A stretch of 64,000 nucleotides of DNA, from positions 32,001 through 96,000 of IMG/VR virus record IMGVR_UViG_3300035210_000189. One strand, given 5' to 3'. The stretch comes from a virus. The translations under genes and the position numbers were made by a program. Shown piece by piece: positions 40,802-50,448 of this stretch; within the stretch, counting starts at the first letter, position 1, and every line of letters begins with the position of its first letter. The notes under the pieces were generated by a model. It had not been told where the DNA came from. It saw only the letters and a list, made by a program, of their open reading frames with translations, and did no database searches.

Positions 40802-41301
40802 ATCTTCCTATCTATCATGATTTTGTCGAAAAATACACACCTGAAAAACCATTTGAAAGAGATACCTATGGTGCCAGTGCTTGGATGACTGAAAATAGCT
40901 ATTATGCTATTCATAAAAAATCACGTTTCATTGATATTCATGAAATGTTAAACAGTTTATATGAAGATAAATTAGTCAGTTATGTCAGAACGAATACTCG
41001 CTTAATGTCTGTTGAACAATTTGAGGATCGATTTTCTATTTTTGATTCCATTGCTAATGTCTGTTTCAAGGACAGAGCGACTATGCAATTGTTAATGAAA
41101 ATGGATGTTAACTTAATGAAGCCTGATTGCTGGGTTGAAAATTTAAATGCCCCTCATTATGCATTAACTCCGGTTGCCTGTCCTAATGATATAATCATGG
41201 ATATGTATTTTAATACCAGTAGACGATCTTATGAGGCAGTCCGTAAGAATATTTACCTCGATATTTGTAAAGCCTACATCCATCTCTTCATCCCCGATTG
41301 A
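40798..41301 (+). CDS. hypothetical protein
   Basis: 167 aa ORF, ATGA overlap. Confidence 0.7.
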   Translation: MNLPIYHDFVEKYTPEKPFERDTYGASAWMTENSYYAIHKKSRFIDIHEMLNSLYEDKLVSYVRTNTRLMSVEQFEDRFSIFDSIANVCFKDRATMQLLMKMDVNLMKPDCWVENLNAPHYALTPVACPNDIIMDMYFNTSRRSYEAVRKNIYLDICKAYIHLFIPD

Positions 41302-41350
41302 GTCTTTTCTTCGTTTGTGTTATAATCAACGAAATCTTAGAGGAACTACC

Positions 41351-41929
41351 ATGACCAGTCTTGATCTCATTTTGAAAAATATGATCCTTTCTGCACCCTA
41401 TCTTTATCCAACGACTTGGCAGTGTTATGCCTCTATTTTTCTTGATGTGAACTCCGGTTTTACTTTTACTAATTCCGAAATTCAATGCCCCTTTGAAGTC
41501 AAAGAAAATCCTGTTATCAATGAGCGATATCTTGAACTCTACAAAACATTGGCTGTCACTGAAATAGGTGAGCTGGATTATGGCATGAAGTTGTTTATGA
41601 ATGATTTCATCAAAGAAAATATTGATGTGATTGTGAGCACAAAATGTGTTTATGTTGAATACCTTAAACCTTCGATTGATGACTTAGCTTTATGCGTGGA
41701 TGACTCACCTGTCTGGTTGATTGATGATTCTTATCCCAATGATGTCTTTAAAGCGGCTATTGATGTCTTGGAGAAGGTGAAACATTTGCTTTGGTATCAT
41801 TATGGCCTACATCATTGCCTTACACGGCCTATTGAGTGTGCTTCGTGGCAAGAAGTGTGTTATCATACGGCCTATGTTAAAGTCTCTGAACGACTTGAAA
41901 CCCTTAAACCACAAAGGATTCCAGCCTAA
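41351..41929 (+). CDS. hypothetical protein (family with 41929, 60776, 61366)
   Basis: N-terminal K.MILS.P......W.C...IF.D pattern; GAGGA RBS. Confidence 0.75.
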   Translation: MTSLDLILKNMILSAPYLYPTTWQCYASIFLDVNSGFTFTNSEIQCPFEVKENPVINERYLELYKTLAVTEIGELDYGMKLFMNDFIKENIDVIVSTKCVYVEYLKPSIDDLALCVDDSPVWLIDDSYPNDVFKAAIDVLEKVKHLLWYHYGLHHCLTRPIECASWQEVCYHTAYVKVSERLETLKPQRIPA

Positions 41930-42513
41930 TGAAAGCTATTACTGTCATTAACTCTATCATTGCTAAATACAACTTGTCCTTTTCCACTCGTTGGAGAGTG
42001 TTGGAACACCTTTTTCTGGTCAATGGCAATGGCTGTTATTGGACAACTTATGGGTGTTTGGATGGTAATCCTGAACATTATCAAGAAAGTGAACTTGGTG
42101 AAAATAGCACTATTCAGTCATTGCTTCAAACGTTGGAACTTCTAAAAGATTATGATATGCCAAAGATGACAGATGCCTATCATTTGCAAATTAAGTTTGA
42201 AGAAGGTCTTGATAAATTCAAGCAAGCCAACATGAAAAAAATTGCGGCTAATCAATTCTTTTTCTTTGACAGTCAGATACCTACATTCCAAGATCTGTCC
42301 CGTGCTTCGTTTAACCATCTGTTTTATGAAGTCCCTGATAACGTTCAACCTGACTGGAAAGCACTGATTGTTGAAACGGCTTGTATTGTCCAGAAAGGTA
42401 TTAAGAGCAGTTACTTTGTATCTGGCCCTTTGACTGCACCAGAATCGTGGAGCAACCCAGAAGCATTTGCCGTTTACATGGCCGCAGAAAACCAGCTAAA
42501 ATCTCTAAAATGA
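41929..42513 (+). CDS. hypothetical protein (family with 61366)
   Basis: YN..F.TRW.VL.H.F...G.G..W and DW..ALVE-like motifs shared with 61366..62004. Confidence 0.75.
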   Translation: MKAITVINSIIAKYNLSFSTRWRVLEHLFLVNGNGCYWTTYGCLDGNPEHYQESELGENSTIQSLLQTLELLKDYDMPKMTDAYHLQIKFEEGLDKFKQANMKKIAANQFFFFDSQIPTFQDLSRASFNHLFYEVPDNVQPDWKALIVETACIVQKGIKSSYFVSGPLTAPESWSNPEAFAVYMAAENQLKSLK

Positions 42514-42582
42514 CTTCTTAGTCTATTGATTTTTCGTCCTACTGTGTTATAATGGCCTTCTTAATTAGGGAGGTCATTTATC

Positions 42583-43074
42583 ATGTCAAACAATCATGAA
42601 ATCGAAAATCTTGAAGATAAAATTTTCACGACCTTACGCCGTCACGGGAACTATTCGATCCCTAAAAATGCGGTAAACATTTATGCACCTATCCTTACTT
42701 TGCTGACTAAAATGAGTGAAGATGGCTTGGTTGTGCAAAGTGAAAACCCTAATAAGATCATTTTCACTACTACCGAAAAAATGGCACAGACTGTCATTAT
42801 TCGTGGGGTGACTGCAGATAAAGTCCGCACAGGATTTCACCTTTGTCGTCAAAAGAATGATGAAGTTGTCGCACAGGTTAATGCTCGTAACCGTGAAGTT
42901 TATATCAAGGATATTGACTTTCTTGGTGTTGTTCAATCTGTGGAAACAAAAGAAGTGCCTGCTAATATTTGGGAAAAGCTGACTTTTAGAAAAAACAGCT
43001 TGAAAACAGTGATTAAATTCAAATACAAAACACTGGTGGTGTCTCCTGAAACTGAATTGATGAAAGTTCGTTAA
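42583..43074 (+). CDS. hypothetical protein
   Basis: GGAGG RBS, promoter. Confidence 0.75.
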   Translation: MSNNHEIENLEDKIFTTLRRHGNYSIPKNAVNIYAPILTLLTKMSEDGLVVQSENPNKIIFTTTEKMAQTVIIRGVTADKVRTGFHLCRQKNDEVVAQVNARNREVYIKDIDFLGVVQSVETKEVPANIWEKLTFRKNSLKTVIKFKYKTLVVSPETELMKVR

Positions 43075-43207
43075 TTCTTATGATATCGTCATAATATCAC
43101 CACAATTAAAATATGAAAATTTGATGGCAATTCATCTAGAACAAGCATTTCGGTGCTTGTTTTTTTTTAAATGAATAGTTATACTATTTTAATTATGGAG
43201 ATTTACA

Positions 43208-43528
43208 TTGTTTAAAATTATTAGTTTATTTGGCGTTATAGCCTTCTTATCTGGGTGTGGTGGTGATACTGTCATCAGTGAAGCCCCTCGTGAGTTTATT
43301 GTTTTGGAATACGATGAGCCTTATGGTTTTAGTGTAACCCTTGAAGACTTGATTACGCATGAAATTTATAAAGATGTTTCAGTTTCCAGAACCTGTGATG
43401 ATTACGCAAAGCTAAAAATTGATTCTATTTGGTCATTCCCTGTGACTACTTATGTCGATAATTCTGGTAAATCCTATTCGGTGGTTGACGCTACTGATTT
43501 ATGTGACAGACTCGAGAAAATGCTGTAA
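43208..43528 (+). CDS. putative lipoprotein
   Basis: lipobox FLSGC. Confidence 0.7.
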   Translation: MFKIISLFGVIAFLSGCGGDTVISEAPREFIVLEYDEPYGFSVTLEDLITHEIYKDVSVSRTCDDYAKLKIDSIWSFPVTTYVDNSGKSYSVVDATDLCDRLEKML

Positions 43529-43582
43529 AACTTTTTATATTTATGATATAATTATGCATTCTTTATAATATAGGATGCCGTT

Positions 43583-44260
43583 ATGAACGCAGCTACCCAA
43601 CATTTCAGTGGTGTTTTTACTAAAATTAAGACACTCATCAGCCAATATAAACTTTCAGAGTTTATTAATTCTTCTTTGCTGTTTTCTTCGCTCTGTTCGT
43701 TGGCTATGCTGTATGCCTTCTCTTATGGATTGCAGACAGAAAGCCGTGAATTGATTGTCTTTACCCCGCTTAATGCTATTAGTTCATTCCTTTTATTTTG
43801 TTTTGGCTTATGGATGACAAAAAGCTCTAAATTACCAGATCGCTATTATAGCTGGTCCTCGGCCATTAACTATCTCGGGGTGCTGTTACTTATTCCTTAC
43901 CTTGTCTTTATTGACAATCGGTCAATGGTAGCATTGGCAATGTCGTTTTTCTTTATCAATATTTTTAACTTGTGTATCCTGTTACACCTATTAAATTTCC
44001 GTTCTAATTACCACCATGACTGGAATGCCTTGCGTAAACTGACATCATTGAAATCTGGTTTCAATTTCAAACTGTCGATGGGAGTAAAATTACATGTGTT
44101 GATGCCTGTGGGTTTAGTGACAATCTATTTTGATAAAATTTGTGTGAATGGTGTTGATTATGATTTGTATGATCTAACCAAATACTTTGAAACCCATGAT
44201 TTAGATTTAAATACCGCCACTGATGATGATTTTAAACTGTTTGAAATGATCAGATATTAA
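43583..44260 (+). CDS. four-TM protein with soluble C-domain ending in the M-x-x-Y tag
   Basis: ends ATDDDFKLFEMIRY*; shares YYS, LRKL motifs with the next two ORFs. Confidence 0.78.
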   Translation: MNAATQHFSGVFTKIKTLISQYKLSEFINSSLLFSSLCSLAMLYAFSYGLQTESRELIVFTPLNAISSFLLFCFGLWMTKSSKLPDRYYSWSSAINYLGVLLLIPYLVFIDNRSMVALAMSFFFINIFNLCILLHLLNFRSNYHHDWNALRKLTSLKSGFNFKLSMGVKLHVLMPVGLVTIYFDKICVNGVDYDLYDLTKYFETHDLDLNTATDDDFKLFEMIRY

Positions 44261-44283
44261 TTACGTTAGATAAGGATTGATTT

Positions 44284-44946
44284 ATGAATAAAATTATATT
44301 TTTTTGTCAACGTTTGTTTGTCTCCTATTCTGTGTCTTTGATGGCTATTATTTTTTCTGTTTTTTTTGGAATAGCTAACTCAGGTATTGTGGAATCAGAT
44401 ATTATTGGCATTGTAGTAACAGGTTGTTTAGCCTTGGTTATGCTTGTTATGTGTGCGGATGGCCGTGCAGAAATTAAAAATATTACTTACTATTCAAAAG
44501 TGGCAAGTTTAAACTATCTATTCAGCTTTTTATTGATTGTTTATACTATTTTAATGAAAGGATTTGATATACATTTCATGTTGGCACCTGCTCTATTGTT
44601 AAGTCTTTTTAATATATATCTGTGTTTTAAAATGCAATCAAATCTTTCTAATCTGGTCGTGGTTCCTGAACTTCAAAAACTTCGTAAATTGCTACCTGAT
44701 GTCAAACACTTCAAGATTGATTATGATTACACTTTTTTGAAACCTACTGATGCTCCGAGGTATGAGCCAAGATCTTACAAAATTATCACGACACTTGGAA
44801 ATCTATCTTTTGATGGAAGATTCTTTTATCTTAATGGACATACTTATGAGATAGCTAACTTTATTTCGGGTTATAGATCGTGTAATATTAACATTGACAC
44901 ATCAACACCAGAAGATGCTACCGTTATGCAAATGTTTTGTATATAA
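44284..44946 (+). CDS. four-TM protein with soluble C-domain ending in the M-x-x-I tag
   Basis: ends STPEDATVMQMFCI*. Confidence 0.78.
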   Translation: MNKIIFFCQRLFVSYSVSLMAIIFSVFFGIANSGIVESDIIGIVVTGCLALVMLVMCADGRAEIKNITYYSKVASLNYLFSFLLIVYTILMKGFDIHFMLAPALLLSLFNIYLCFKMQSNLSNLVVVPELQKLRKLLPDVKHFKIDYDYTFLKPTDAPRYEPRSYKIITTLGNLSFDGRFFYLNGHTYEIANFISGYRSCNINIDTSTPEDATVMQMFCI

Positions 44947-45035
44947 AAGCAATGGTATAAGCCATTCTGATCTATCATGTTTACTCGGAATAGTGTATAA
45001 TCAGCTTCTAATTTAAATAATGCCATGAGGTATTT

Positions 45036-45698
45036 ATGAAATCATTAAACATGTTACGTCAGTTAAATTTAGCATCCTTCATCATGTTGGCGTGTGCTAT
45101 TTATTGTGCTGTTGCTTCATTTCATTACGTGACAGTAAATGGAAATAAGTTTTTCTTTGCTGTCGGTGGTGTTACTTCGGTGATGTTGGGTTTTGCGGTT
45201 GTCTTGAATGTATTGAATATTTTCATGATGCCGCGAGATAAATTCTATTCCAATGGGGCATGGACATTCCATTTACTCAGTGTACTGCTGTTGGTTACAT
45301 CGTTTACAGCCCCCGAAGAATATTTGATCAACTTTATCAGTATCGCTGTGCTTTCCATTTTCAATATTGTTGTTTTTTTAAGCACGATGTCATTTCGTTC
45401 TCGTGAATCGACGTTGATCAATCAACTTCGAAAACTATTTCCTGATGAAAAGTTCTTTAATTTCGATATTGATTTCAAATTTAAGAAAGACTTCATTGAA
45501 GACGCTGTTGATACTTACATTTCTGGCATTCGTCTCTTGACGCCCTTTGGCAAAGTAGTGTTTGTCGGTGATGGTTTTTATTTCGATGATCGTTTTCATG
45601 AAGCTAAACGCTTTGTGACTAGCCTAAAAGATTGTGGTTTTAAGTTTAATAAAGCAACACCTGACGAAATGAAAGTTGTTGAAATGCACGTTTATTAA
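45036..45698 (+). CDS. four-TM protein with soluble C-domain ending in the M-x-x-Y tag
   Basis: ends ATPDEMKVVEMHVY*. Confidence 0.78.
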   Translation: MKSLNMLRQLNLASFIMLACAIYCAVASFHYVTVNGNKFFFAVGGVTSVMLGFAVVLNVLNIFMMPRDKFYSNGAWTFHLLSVLLLVTSFTAPEEYLINFISIAVLSIFNIVVFLSTMSFRSRESTLINQLRKLFPDEKFFNFDIDFKFKKDFIEDAVDTYISGIRLLTPFGKVVFVGDGFYFDDRFHEAKRFVTSLKDCGFKFNKATPDEMKVVEMHVY

Positions 45699-45732
45699 AT
45701 TTTTTAATAATTATTTAACATTAGGAGTTCGT

Positions 45733-45921
45733 ATGACCACTATTACACAACGTTCAAAAGATGATTTGCTACACGACATTATTTGTTTCTGTCGGGATGA
45801 CTACGATGAGCTAGCCAGCATTATCAGAAATGGTATGAAAGGCATGAACGACATGGATGAAGCGGAGTTGCTGGCTTTGTTTAAAGAATATGGCGTTGAG
45901 CCTGCTTTTGAGGTGGAATAA
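45733..45921 (+). CDS. small hypothetical protein
   Basis: AGGAG RBS before ATG 45733. Confidence 0.65.
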   Translation: MTTITQRSKDDLLHDIICFCRDDYDELASIIRNGMKGMNDMDEAELLALFKEYGVEPAFEVE

Positions 45922-46193
45922 TGGCTAAGTTGAGTTCGTTACTCAGTTGGATTAAAAAGCCTCGGGATAACCTGAATGAGCTTCGTAGTGAGGCTCAATC
46001 ACTTATTAGTCAGATTGAATCTCGCTTGTATGCACAAGAAACTCGGGAAGGTTATCTTAACTCCATGAGGACGCTAAGATCGAGTCGAGAACTCTTACAA
46101 ATGCTAGAAGGAACCAGTGAGGCTAATCAAATTATATTCTTGAAAAAAATGATTAAGCGATTAAAGCCTATTAGCAAAATGAAATATTGTTAA
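45921..46193 (+). CDS. hypothetical protein
   Basis: coupled TAATG start, GAGG RBS. Confidence 0.65.
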   Translation: MAKLSSLLSWIKKPRDNLNELRSEAQSLISQIESRLYAQETREGYLNSMRTLRSSRELLQMLEGTSEANQIIFLKKMIKRLKPISKMKYC

Positions 46194-46276
46194 ATAATCA
46201 TAGAATATTGTTGTTATATAGTACCCGTTATGTTATTATTAACATCTTGCTTTCAAATATTAGTCAGGAGCCGTTC

Positions 46277-46807
46277 ATGAAATCTAAAGAACTAACAAAA
46301 TTAAATATTCTCGTTGCTGTCCTTAAAAACAACTACAGTGATTATTATGAAAAGCATATTGGACATGACTTTCTTGATGATCTTGATGTCCACAAAAACT
46401 CAGATAGCATTTCTTATTTGATGGAACATGTTCGTAAGCTGAAACCAACTGACAAAGAATATCCTGACTATTTGAAGCATTGTTATGCTATCTTCCTTGA
46501 ATTGCAACACCTTGTTAAAGTAGAACTTGAAGAAGCTGAACAAAACCACATTCATCTCATTAAACGCAGTTTTACTACAAAGTCCGTTGATCGTTTAATG
46601 TTGCTTGACTTGGCTGTGAACGACCCGTTTTCAATGGATAAATTTTGTGAAGATGTCAAAAAAGATAAAAAAGAGTTTTTATCCAGCGTAATTATCAATT
46701 TGGTAGAAAGCTATAAGTTATTCAAGAAAGAAAAAACTCGAAAATTAGATAGAATCAACTATTTCACTAATTATTTTGCAAAATGTTTTAATGATTTAAC
46801 GAATTGA
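46277..46807 (+). CDS. hypothetical protein
   Basis: AGGAG RBS before ATG 46277. Confidence 0.7.
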   Translation: MKSKELTKLNILVAVLKNNYSDYYEKHIGHDFLDDLDVHKNSDSISYLMEHVRKLKPTDKEYPDYLKHCYAIFLELQHLVKVELEEAEQNHIHLIKRSFTTKSVDRLMLLDLAVNDPFSMDKFCEDVKKDKKEFLSSVIINLVESYKLFKKEKTRKLDRINYFTNYFAKCFNDLTN

Positions 46808-46811
46808 GCAA

Positions 46812-46965
46812 CTATGGCCCGTATCCCTGTATTGGTTAAGACCTAGTAGCAATAGTCCGGTGGATACCTCGCCAGTAATGGTAATTAGACGACTGAATGT
46901 GTGTCGGCAAATCCGGTGTAATGGTGGAAGTCCGTTAACAAAGAAGACCTTCGGGTCTTTTTTTG
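46812..46965 (+). ncRNA. candidate structured RNA in a GC-elevated intergenic region
   Basis: long interrupted hairpin TGGC..GTATCC..TATTG/CAATA..GGATAC..GCCA, T-loop-like hairpin TAATGG-TGGAAGT-CCGTTA, then terminator AAGACC-TTCG-GGTCTT-Tn. Confidence 0.4.
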
Positions 46966-47137
46966 TTTATATTTTATTATTATTGAAATATCAAAACAAG
47001 AAGGATTGGTTAATGTTAAAAAACGAGATGATTATTGGAAGAGTATTACTGCCATTAAGAAATAATTAGTTTACATATTCTAAATTGATAAATATTTTAA
47101 TACAGGTATAATAATAAAAAATAATAAGAATAAAGAT

Positions 47138-47983
47138 ATGCACAACTATTTAAAAATGGCATTGGCTGTTTCAATGTCAGTTACCCCATTACTATCGCTT
47201 GCTGATTATAAAGTTAATTACTTTCTTGATAAAAATAATATATCCTTTAAAAATAAACCCCTTGCTCAATGGCTGGCGTCAACACCAACTTATAGTGAAT
47301 GGGCATATGTAGGTGATTATTTTAACTGTCAATCAGCTTTACCTACGGCTGATTCACAACCAGATGGTGTTTCTTTCACTCAAACATTATCAGAATGCAC
47401 TAAAATTCGTTCTCGTACAGTTCAAGAAAGAGAACAGAATAATCAGACACACGAATACCGAAATGTGGGTATCCCTGTAGAAGAAACTGAAAATGAAGAA
47501 CATTTAACATACACCAAACAATTAACTGGCACGAAAGTGTCATTCTCGTTTACTTTCTCGGCAGGTAAATCATCAGCAGTGGGTGGAGATACCATTGTTG
47601 GTCTTTATGCTAGAACAAATGCTGGCATTTCTCTTGGGTCAACCGTTTTAAATGAAAATGGTGCTCGTATATTGTTGTATTATTATTCACATGCATATTA
47701 CAATGCAATGACAGTCTGTTCCATAAGATTTGCAATGACCGCCAAAACGGGTTGGACTCCGGGGGGAGTAACACCTCCTACTGCTATGAACGACTTGAAG
47801 AAATATAATTATATTGATTTATATAAATCTAGCACCTTAGTTAAACGTTATTCTGTAGCCGCCGCCCCTGTATTAACTTCTGATGCGGGATACTTTAAAG
47901 AAATCTCAGTTCCTTGTAGTGAGATGTCTGCTTTTTATGCAAATACAACGTTGTTTAATAAAGTCGAATTAAATAAAGACTAA
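47138..47983 (+). CDS. secreted modular hypothetical protein
   Basis: signal peptide; Trp/Cys N-module (W..STP.YSEW...G...NC...P....G..FTQ...C...RSRTVQEREQ) plus beta-rich C-terminal part. Confidence 0.75.
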   Translation: MHNYLKMALAVSMSVTPLLSLADYKVNYFLDKNNISFKNKPLAQWLASTPTYSEWAYVGDYFNCQSALPTADSQPDGVSFTQTLSECTKIRSRTVQEREQNNQTHEYRNVGIPVEETENEEHLTYTKQLTGTKVSFSFTFSAGKSSAVGGDTIVGLYARTNAGISLGSTVLNENGARILLYYYSHAYYNAMTVCSIRFAMTAKTGWTPGGVTPPTAMNDLKKYNYIDLYKSSTLVKRYSVAAAPVLTSDAGYFKEISVPCSEMSAFYANTTLFNKVELNKD

Positions 47984-48036
47984 AATTAAATAATAAAAAA
48001 AGACCTTCGAAAAGGTCTTTTTTGTTTGTTAGTTAT

Positions 48037-48618
48037 TTACTGTTTTTGGAACTTAGCCCACTCTTCTTTGATGGTTTCTGAATCGACAAAGACAGCAATA
48101 TTTTCATAGACTACATCGTTAATCTTGATATCATGATCTCGACCGACTGACATACCAAGGATGGCTGATTTGTCTGCAGAGTAGACTGGCCCACCTGACA
48201 TGCCACCAATCGTTTTGGAATCACTAATGGCATAGCGACCATCTTTAAACTCAACTTCATCTCTGATGAACTTCCCACGTAGTTCAACCGATAAACCATT
48301 TGGCTTCGGGCCTACATGAATAACTTCTTCATCATCTTTTGGTGTTCTCCATTCAATGTTTGGATTGAATTTATCATTCGGTTTGTTTTTGAAGAACACA
48401 AGATCAACCGTTTCACTCACGTAATCAGGCGATTCTGGGTATTTGTTGTGCTTGGCTGTTACGGCATATTCTTCATTCCACTGAATAAAGCTGGCCGTCA
48501 CTACTTCGGGGTTTTTGTTTCCAATAATGGTATCATAATTACTATTGGGAGCATGACTTGAACAACCAACAACTGCAGCAGCCAGAACCAATGCACACAT
48601 CATTTTAACGATTTTCAA
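48037..48618 (-). CDS. trypsin-like serine protease lipoprotein (intact triad)
   Basis: lipobox VVGC; VTAKH (His), VDLVF (Asp), GMSGGPV (Ser); TTG start 48618 after AGGAG. Confidence 0.82.
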   Translation of the reverse strand: MKIVKMMCALVLAAAVVGCSSHAPNSNYDTIIGNKNPEVVTASFIQWNEEYAVTAKHNKYPESPDYVSETVDLVFFKNKPNDKFNPNIEWRTPKDDEEVIHVGPKPNGLSVELRGKFIRDEVEFKDGRYAISDSKTIGGMSGGPVYSADKSAILGMSVGRDHDIKINDVVYENIAVFVDSETIKEEWAKFQKQ

Positions 48619-48765
48619 TGTTAATACTCCTATTAAAGTTGCAACGATTATACGCTTAAATATTAATATTAGCAATTGTTTTTTTGTTCTTTATAACCTT
48701 TTTGGATTACTGTTTGACGAAAAACCAATTTGAGGTATACTTTTTCCATTGGTAGGAGATGTAAA

Positions 48766-49338
48766 ATGATTAAAAAATTAAAATATATGGCGTTATTGGG
48801 TTTATTCTCTGGCGTTTGCTTTGCTCAACAACCCAACAAGATTGAGCAGCAAGACATTAAAGCGATTGGTGATTTTCTACGAGGACAATCAGGATTACGA
48901 ATAGGATCGATTATTAATACCAGCACGTATGAACCGCTTAACAAGCTAGGTTATTTCACACTCAAACCAGCAAAAGAAATATATCCTTTTACTCGCTATG
49001 AAATAGGTGTTACACCAATTAGCCAACAGCTCTACACCTTTTATCTGGAAGGTCAATCGCCTAATTGCCAGAAAGACAACATAACCTTCAGAACCTTTAT
49101 TGATAAACGTTTTGGTCACCCTGTTCAAACGCATTTCAATCCAGCCGATGAATCAAATATGGTTTTTATGTTGCAAGAACCCACAGCCGGTACCAATAAT
49201 TTACTCATGTATTCCTGTGATACAGTGACTAATAAGACGTTCATCTATTATTATCGAGAACACTTAACCAATGTATTTAACAATGAAGTCACTGCTTGGT
49301 ATGCTAAGCAATTGGATGACACAACAGCTTCTAAATAA
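48766..49338 (+). CDS. secreted/periplasmic hypothetical protein
   Basis: signal peptide MIKKLKYMALLGLFSGVCFA. Confidence 0.75.
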   Translation: MIKKLKYMALLGLFSGVCFAQQPNKIEQQDIKAIGDFLRGQSGLRIGSIINTSTYEPLNKLGYFTLKPAKEIYPFTRYEIGVTPISQQLYTFYLEGQSPNCQKDNITFRTFIDKRFGHPVQTHFNPADESNMVFMLQEPTAGTNNLLMYSCDTVTNKTFIYYYREHLTNVFNNEVTAWYAKQLDDTTASK

Positions 49339-49375
49339 TTGTTGACTTTCAATGGCTCTTTTGTTAATATGGAAC

Positions 49376-49471
49376 CACTAGGTAGAGATGACGATGCAAT
49401 CGCCTCACAGCAAGGTTAGATCATCTTTAGGTTCAGCGGCGATTGGCGGGGTTCGAAGCCCCGATCTAGTG
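49376..49471 (+). ncRNA. tRNA-like (acceptor stem plus T-arm) stand-alone ncRNA
   Basis: CACTAGGT/ATCTAGTG closing stem, T-arm CGGGG-TTCGAAG-CCCCG, central stem CAATCGCC/GGCGATTG; TTGACT-N17-TAATAT promoter; terminator AGGCTTAC-GATTAT-GTAAGCCT-Tn. Confidence 0.65.
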
Positions 49472-49513
49472 TGAGGCTTACGATTATGTAAGCCTTTTTT
49501 TTTGGAGAAAATT

Positions 49514-50140
49514 ATGGAACAAGCGAACACTCATTATTTTAAAGCGATGATTATCGTTCTATTGCTTGCTCTTATTTCTTTTTGTATCAATGCGGCTGTT
49601 ATCAATCCTTTTGAAACATTGCCTTTCTTCTTTTTAATCCTTTTGGCTGTTGCTGCTGGATTGTCTGTTCTGGTGTTGTTTAAGTCCCGTCAATATTTAA
49701 TCATTACTGATGGTGTTAGCCTTCTTAAAATGGGTGTTTCATTAGTTCTAGCCATCGTATTCTTCTCTTCTATCATGTCTATCTTTAATCCACAGATTAA
49801 AAGTTTGCTTGTGGCTAAAAAATATGATGACTATTATGTTCAGATTGCTGAACAAGACCGTTATCAGCCTGCTTACTATTACTTTGCCGTTGGACGACAA
49901 AAGAATAATGAAAAATACTTAGTCAATTTTGAAAAAAATAATGTGATGCGGAACTTTACCTACCTTTCGGATGAAGCATTGGCCCAATTAACAACCTATA
50001 TTAAAACATCCAGAGATAAGAACCTTATCAAACTGTATGAAGATCTGAATAAAGATAATCGCCTTAACTTGATGGAAGTTGCTCAAATCATGGATTTTAT
50101 TAATAAATTTGGAGTTCATAATGAAAAACCGCCTTTCTAA
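49514..50140 (+). CDS. three-TM membrane protein
   Basis: hydrophobic N-terminal half, GGAG RBS. Confidence 0.75.
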   Translation: MEQANTHYFKAMIIVLLLALISFCINAAVINPFETLPFFFLILLAVAAGLSVLVLFKSRQYLIITDGVSLLKMGVSLVLAIVFFSSIMSIFNPQIKSLLVAKKYDDYYVQIAEQDRYQPAYYYFAVGRQKNNEKYLVNFEKNNVMRNFTYLSDEALAQLTTYIKTSRDKNLIKLYEDLNKDNRLNLMEVAQIMDFINKFGVHNEKPPF

Positions 50141-50396
50141 ACGTATCAAGACGCTTTATAAAAAAATTGAACATGTCTTTCCAACTGATGAAGAAAAAGA
50201 GCCTTGTCCACAATGTGGTGGCTGTATGAGACATCGTATCAGTCAAGACAGTGGCATGTCAGCCGAAGCTAAATTTGGTTGCATTAAATGTCATTACACT
50301 GAATTTCGTGGGGGGACTGGCAGTGAAATCTGGTTGGAAAAGATTTATCACGCTCGACAAAAAAGTCCTTTTTTAAGAAGATTGTATTTCAGTTAA
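50121..50396 (+). CDS. zinc-ribbon protein
   Basis: CPQC...CIKC. Confidence 0.65.
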   Translation: MKNRLSKRIKTLYKKIEHVFPTDEEKEPCPQCGGCMRHRISQDSGMSAEAKFGCIKCHYTEFRGGTGSEIWLEKIYHARQKSPFLRRLYFS

Positions 50397-50448
50397 CAAA
50401 AAAATAGCGTATACTACAACTCACACCTTACATTCATGGAGATTTACT

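Noticed and set aside
46898-46940. Group II intron 5' end (GTGTG...GGTGGAAGTCC)
   Set aside because: A terminator follows immediately; no domain V and no RT/maturase ORF.
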